From assembly GCA_034520565.1 (NCBI GenBank), contig JAXHNL010000002.1, positions 576,001 to 640,000 of the forward strand: a DNA stretch of 64,000 nt, written 5' to 3'. Within the stretch, counting starts at the first letter, position 1. Each line of letters opens with the position of its first letter. The notes under the pieces are model-generated. The model did no database searches and was not told the DNA's origin. It saw nothing but the letters and a program-made list of their open reading frames with translations. Below, one piece after another: positions 60,665-64,000 of this stretch. Made by a program: the position numbers and the translations under genes. Origin of the DNA: Halodesulfurarchaeum sp. Its GTDB lineage: Archaea; Halobacteriota; Halobacteria; Halobacteriales; Halobacteriaceae.

Positions 60665-61837
60665 TCAGAAGACAGCCAGTACGACCTGGAACCCGGCATA
60701 CCCGACGACGAGCGCACCGAAAAGCGAGCCGACCCACGCCAGCACGGTGTAGCCCATTTTGGACGCACTCACCCCCTCCCGACCCTCGACGGCCAGGCCG
60801 CTGCCCATGATCGCGCTCACGACGATCTCGTTGAAGGAGACCGGGACGCCGAGGAAGACGGCACTCTGGGCGAGCACGAAAGCCGGAATGAGCGCAGCGA
60901 TCGACCGCCGCGGGCCGAGCGAGGAGTAGTCCTGGGCGATCGCCTTGATCATCCGGGTGGCCCCGGTCCAGGAGCCCACGAGCAACCCGATCCCGCCCCC
61001 GAGGAGGATCGCCAGGAGGGGGAGGCTCTCGCCCACGAGCGGAATCAGCGGGCCGACGGCCAGCCCGACTTGACTCCCGCCGGCGGAGAAGGCCACCAGC
61101 CCGCCCATTGCGATCAGGAAGTGCCGCATTCCCACGATCGGGTCCCGGCCGAGGTCCCACCGGAGCACCGCCGCCACCGCGATCCCGAGCCCGACAGAGG
61201 CTGCCCCGACGAGCCCCGTTTCCGGTCCGGCAACCGAGTCGGCGACGACCCGGGCGATCGATCTGGCCCCGTCTGCACCGAGGACGTCAAAGCGGATGTT
61301 CGCCACGACCACGCCAACGAGTGCGCCGAGAAGGGGGACCGTCTGCCGGTCGCGGTCGGTCGATCGAAGTATCTTCGCCGTCGCGTAGGCGACGCCGCCC
61401 CCGACGAACGGGACGGCCACCCAGAGCGCGACGATCTCTCGGTAGGCCCCCCAGGCCGGATCGCCGCCGAGTGCGAGGCCGACCCCGACCACCGCGCCGG
61501 TCACGGTGAACGCGGTCGCGATCGGGTACCCGGCGAACACGCCGATCGCGACGAGCGTGGCGGCGATGGCGAGAATCGTGACGACGGCGGGTGGCGTGAG
61601 CGTCACGCCCCCGATCAGGCCGGTGCCGACAGTCTCGGAGACGTTTGCGCCCTGGAGGACGGCGCCGGCGAAGCCGAGGATACCGACGAGGAAGCCGGCC
61701 CGCATGACCGAGATGGCGTTCGCCCCGACGGCCGGGGCGAAGGGGGTCGAGCCACTCGAGCCGGCGCCGATCGCCCAGGCCATGAAGAGACTGGCCAGCC
61801 CGGCGACCGCGAGGGTGGCGAGTGCGCCGACACTCAT
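60665..61837 (-). CDS. PiT-family inorganic phosphate/anion transporter
   Basis: GSSGSTPFAPAVGANA and AGGSQVGLA. Paralogue of 6964-8160. Confidence 0.88.
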   Translation of the reverse strand: MSVGALATLAVAGLASLFMAWAIGAGSSGSTPFAPAVGANAISVMRAGFLVGILGFAGAVLQGANVSETVGTGLIGGVTLTPPAVVTILAIAATLVAIGVFAGYPIATAFTVTGAVVGVGLALGGDPAWGAYREIVALWVAVPFVGGGVAYATAKILRSTDRDRQTVPLLGALVGVVVANIRFDVLGADGARSIARVVADSVAGPETGLVGAASVGLGIAVAAVLRWDLGRDPIVGMRHFLIAMGGLVAFSAGGSQVGLAVGPLIPLVGESLPLLAILLGGGIGLLVGSWTGATRMIKAIAQDYSSLGPRRSIAALIPAFVLAQSAVFLGVPVSFNEIVVSAIMGSGLAVEGREGVSASKMGYTVLAWVGSLFGALVVGYAGFQVVLAVF

Positions 61838-61939
61838 CACGTGCGGTTGCACGGCGGGCGGGTAAGTGCCTGTCGGACGTGGGGTGGAATGGTTTGGAGA
61901 GGAAGACTGTATCGTGTGGGCCGGGAGGGCCATCTCTCT

Positions 61940-62800
61940 TACTAGGGGTATCTGTACAATGGTCGGCTACCGGTCGTCCGGATTCAGCTTGAGCCCTTTT
62001 TGGTTCTCGTGTCTGATCTCGCCCTCGAACCCCTCAAAGACGACCTTGAGCCGGTCGGCAAACTTGGTCGTTGGCCTGGTTCTGGGATTCTAAAACCATC
62101 GGATTGTCGAAGCGGATATTGTCCTTGGAAATCTGTTGAGCGTAAACAATGATTTCGTTTGGCCATCTTTGCTCTCTTGGACCGGATAGTATCCCAGCCC
62201 TCTATTTCTACATAACTCCGAAGTGAACGCGATTGTCTCCTACACTTTTCCACCAGAATTACGGTGTTGGCGAAGATTCGGATAATGAACTTTAACCGGT
62301 AGTCCATTTTCCACTATCATCAACGCCGTACTTCCGGAGTAATCTGGTGGCGTGACCTAGCGTTGATGCAGCTTACTCGGAACTCCGACAATAACTTAAA
62401 AAAGAAAGGGTAGTATGACCATCAACGGTTTCCTATATTCAAGCATCAACGTAATTTGATACGAGAGCGGTTTGCTATCCATCTGCTGTTCTAAATTACA
62501 AAGATAGATTATTTATATCGGGGTAGCTATCTCTACTATTTCAAACACCAATAAGTTGGTAATAGTCCTTCAAAATCAATCACGTTGGTCTATTCCCGTA
62601 CAAATATCGAGTATAATCCCTCTCACTTATGGCGTTTTTACATTGGAACGCTTTGTTTTTCGATATTGCCAACGCGATTTGATTCGACAGATGTCATCGA
62701 CGAACTCACGTTTTCTTGAAAAAAATAGGACTTAAATACCGTCCTAACTATCTTTACTATCTCCAACGGACCAAAAGCTTATAGGGCTCCCGCTAAAACA
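61940..62800. other. AT-rich segment, probable island boundary with decayed ORF remnants
   Basis: Abrupt drop in GC and no convincing intact ORF. Confidence 0.6.
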
Positions 62801-62807
62801 GAGGCCT

Positions 62808-63206
62808 ATGACGCAGCAGAAATCGCTCGACGACCTGCTCGTCGATGAGGACGACTTCAACGAGAGCATGCTAACCGACGTACTGGCCCCATTCGTGGGG
62901 ATCGGGGACAACAGCGGGACCCTTCTTCCGACGGATAAGTTCGAGGAACTCTCGGCGGTCGCCCAAACGGCTGTGGTCCTCCTCGCTCGCAAGGCGACCT
63001 ATGAAATCGGGCTATCCGAGGAGGAGGGCGCGACCCCATTGGACATCTCCCAGATTTCCGGGATCAACCATAACACCGTCAAGACGGCCGTCCGGGACTT
63101 GGACGAGATGAACCTAGTCGCTAACGACGACGGCGAGTACACGGTCCCGACCTACGACTACGACAAAGCCAAGGATCTGATAAAGAGTGATCACGATGAC
63201 CGCTGA
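62808..63206 (+). CDS. Small winged-helix-like protein
   Basis: TPLDISQISGINHNTVKTAVRDL...GEY resembles an HTH plus wing. Confidence 0.75.
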   Translation: MTQQKSLDDLLVDEDDFNESMLTDVLAPFVGIGDNSGTLLPTDKFEELSAVAQTAVVLLARKATYEIGLSEEEGATPLDISQISGINHNTVKTAVRDLDEMNLVANDDGEYTVPTYDYDKAKDLIKSDHDDR

Positions 63207-63582
63207 CATCGAAGAGCGTGTGGAGGATTTGGAGCGCCGTGTTGGTGAGCTGGAGGACATGCTTGAGGGCGGCACGATCATGCCATCGAAATCGGACCTC
63301 GAGGAGTTCCTTGACCTTACCTCTCCAAACACCCACGTCGAGCGAGCGACCGCTATCGGGTTCTGGCTCGTCCACGAGGCGGACGAAGGTCCCTTCATGG
63401 TTGCCGACGTGGAGGACGCCTACGAGGACTGCCGCCTCAGGAAGCCGGCCAACATGAGTGACGTACTTGCCGGGGCCAATGACCGGGGATGGCTGATGCG
63501 GCAGGGGAGGAAGGGACAGAACCAGCTGTGGATGATCACCAAGGAAGGAGACGAGGCGGTCAATGGAGGGTTCGCGGAATGA
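63196..63582 (+). CDS. Small protein with an N-terminal coiled coil and a winged-helix-like domain
   Basis: IEERVEDLERRVGELE and KPANMSDVL...GWL...WMITKEG. Overlaps both neighbours. Confidence 0.75.
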   Translation: MTADIEERVEDLERRVGELEDMLEGGTIMPSKSDLEEFLDLTSPNTHVERATAIGFWLVHEADEGPFMVADVEDAYEDCRLRKPANMSDVLAGANDRGWLMRQGRKGQNQLWMITKEGDEAVNGGFAE

Positions 63583-63977
63583 CCCTGGACGAGGAGATCA
63601 AAAGTAAGTTCCTGACCGAAACGGAGACTATCCTCGAGGGGCACCTTGACGACCTCGAGGGGATGTTCCAATTCCATGAGGACGGCACGATTGAGCTGCT
63701 TGGCGAGTACCGGGAGATCCGGCCGGAGGACAGGATCCTCATCTATCTAATCGCCAGGCGGTACCAGTTCGAGGCCGACCTCGCCGAGAGTGACTCGATT
63801 CCTTACAGCGAAATATATGGGGTGCTACTCGATAAGAAGAAGAGCACGGTGAGGGGCTACTTCATGAACCTGCGGGAGGACGGGTTCGCTCGAAAGGTTG
63901 AGGACGGGCACGAACTAGTGGTCGAGCGCTTGCCGGAGGCCATTGACCGAATTGATTCGAACGGCATCGGGGATTGA
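63579..63977 (+). CDS. Small winged-helix-like protein, probable distant paralogue of 62808-63206
   Basis: ATGA overlap; ILIYLIARRY...KSTVRGYFMNLREDG. Confidence 0.75.
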   Translation: MTLDEEIKSKFLTETETILEGHLDDLEGMFQFHEDGTIELLGEYREIRPEDRILIYLIARRYQFEADLAESDSIPYSEIYGVLLDKKKSTVRGYFMNLREDGFARKVEDGHELVVERLPEAIDRIDSNGIGD

Positions 63978-64000
63978 CCTCAATCCACCAATCATTCAGC

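Noticed and set aside
913-61945. Many long Arg/Pro/Gly-rich or antisense ORFs (for example 1107-2837, 18803-20947, 36580-38439, 48826-50388)
   Set aside because: High-GC shadow frames overlapping well-supported genes, with no family motifs.
61984-62307. 107-aa minus-strand ORF
   Set aside because: Basic, non-halophilic composition; more likely decayed DNA.

Overview
High-GC haloarchaeal (Halobacteria) chromosomal DNA with acidic proteins, a Tat lipoprotein and mostly leaderless genes. The backbone is the conserved housekeeping neighbourhood that I recall lying near oriC1 in other haloarchaea: purO, tRNA-Gln(CTG), cgi121-hel308, hef, glyS, dppABCDF, polC (PolD large subunit, with a mini-intein), recJ, hemDCL, hemB and sua5. 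Accessory or anaerobic-type genes are interspersed: a DsrE-family sulfurtransferase, a CxxDxxC ferredoxin, a class II HMG-CoA reductase, a protein disulfide oxidoreductase, twin DmsR/NarO-like regulators and a membrane Fe-S oxidoreductase. This set suggests an anaerobic, possibly sulfur-respiring lineage (inference). The main observations are: (1) DppA appears circularly permuted; (2) there are two clusters of ORB-like origin boxes with no orc1/cdc6 gene in the window; (3) a divergent pair of Cys-sensor HTH-10 regulators shares an identical helix-turn-helix core; (4) a coupled operon of three small winged-helix-like proteins follows an AT-rich boundary at the right end; (5) a structured leader or sRNA candidate lies at about 52.1-52.3 kb. 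Five single-base frameshifts in conserved genes are most likely assembly errors. No CRISPR array, rRNA, transposase or integrase was seen. Family assignments come from motif recognition only; no searches were run.
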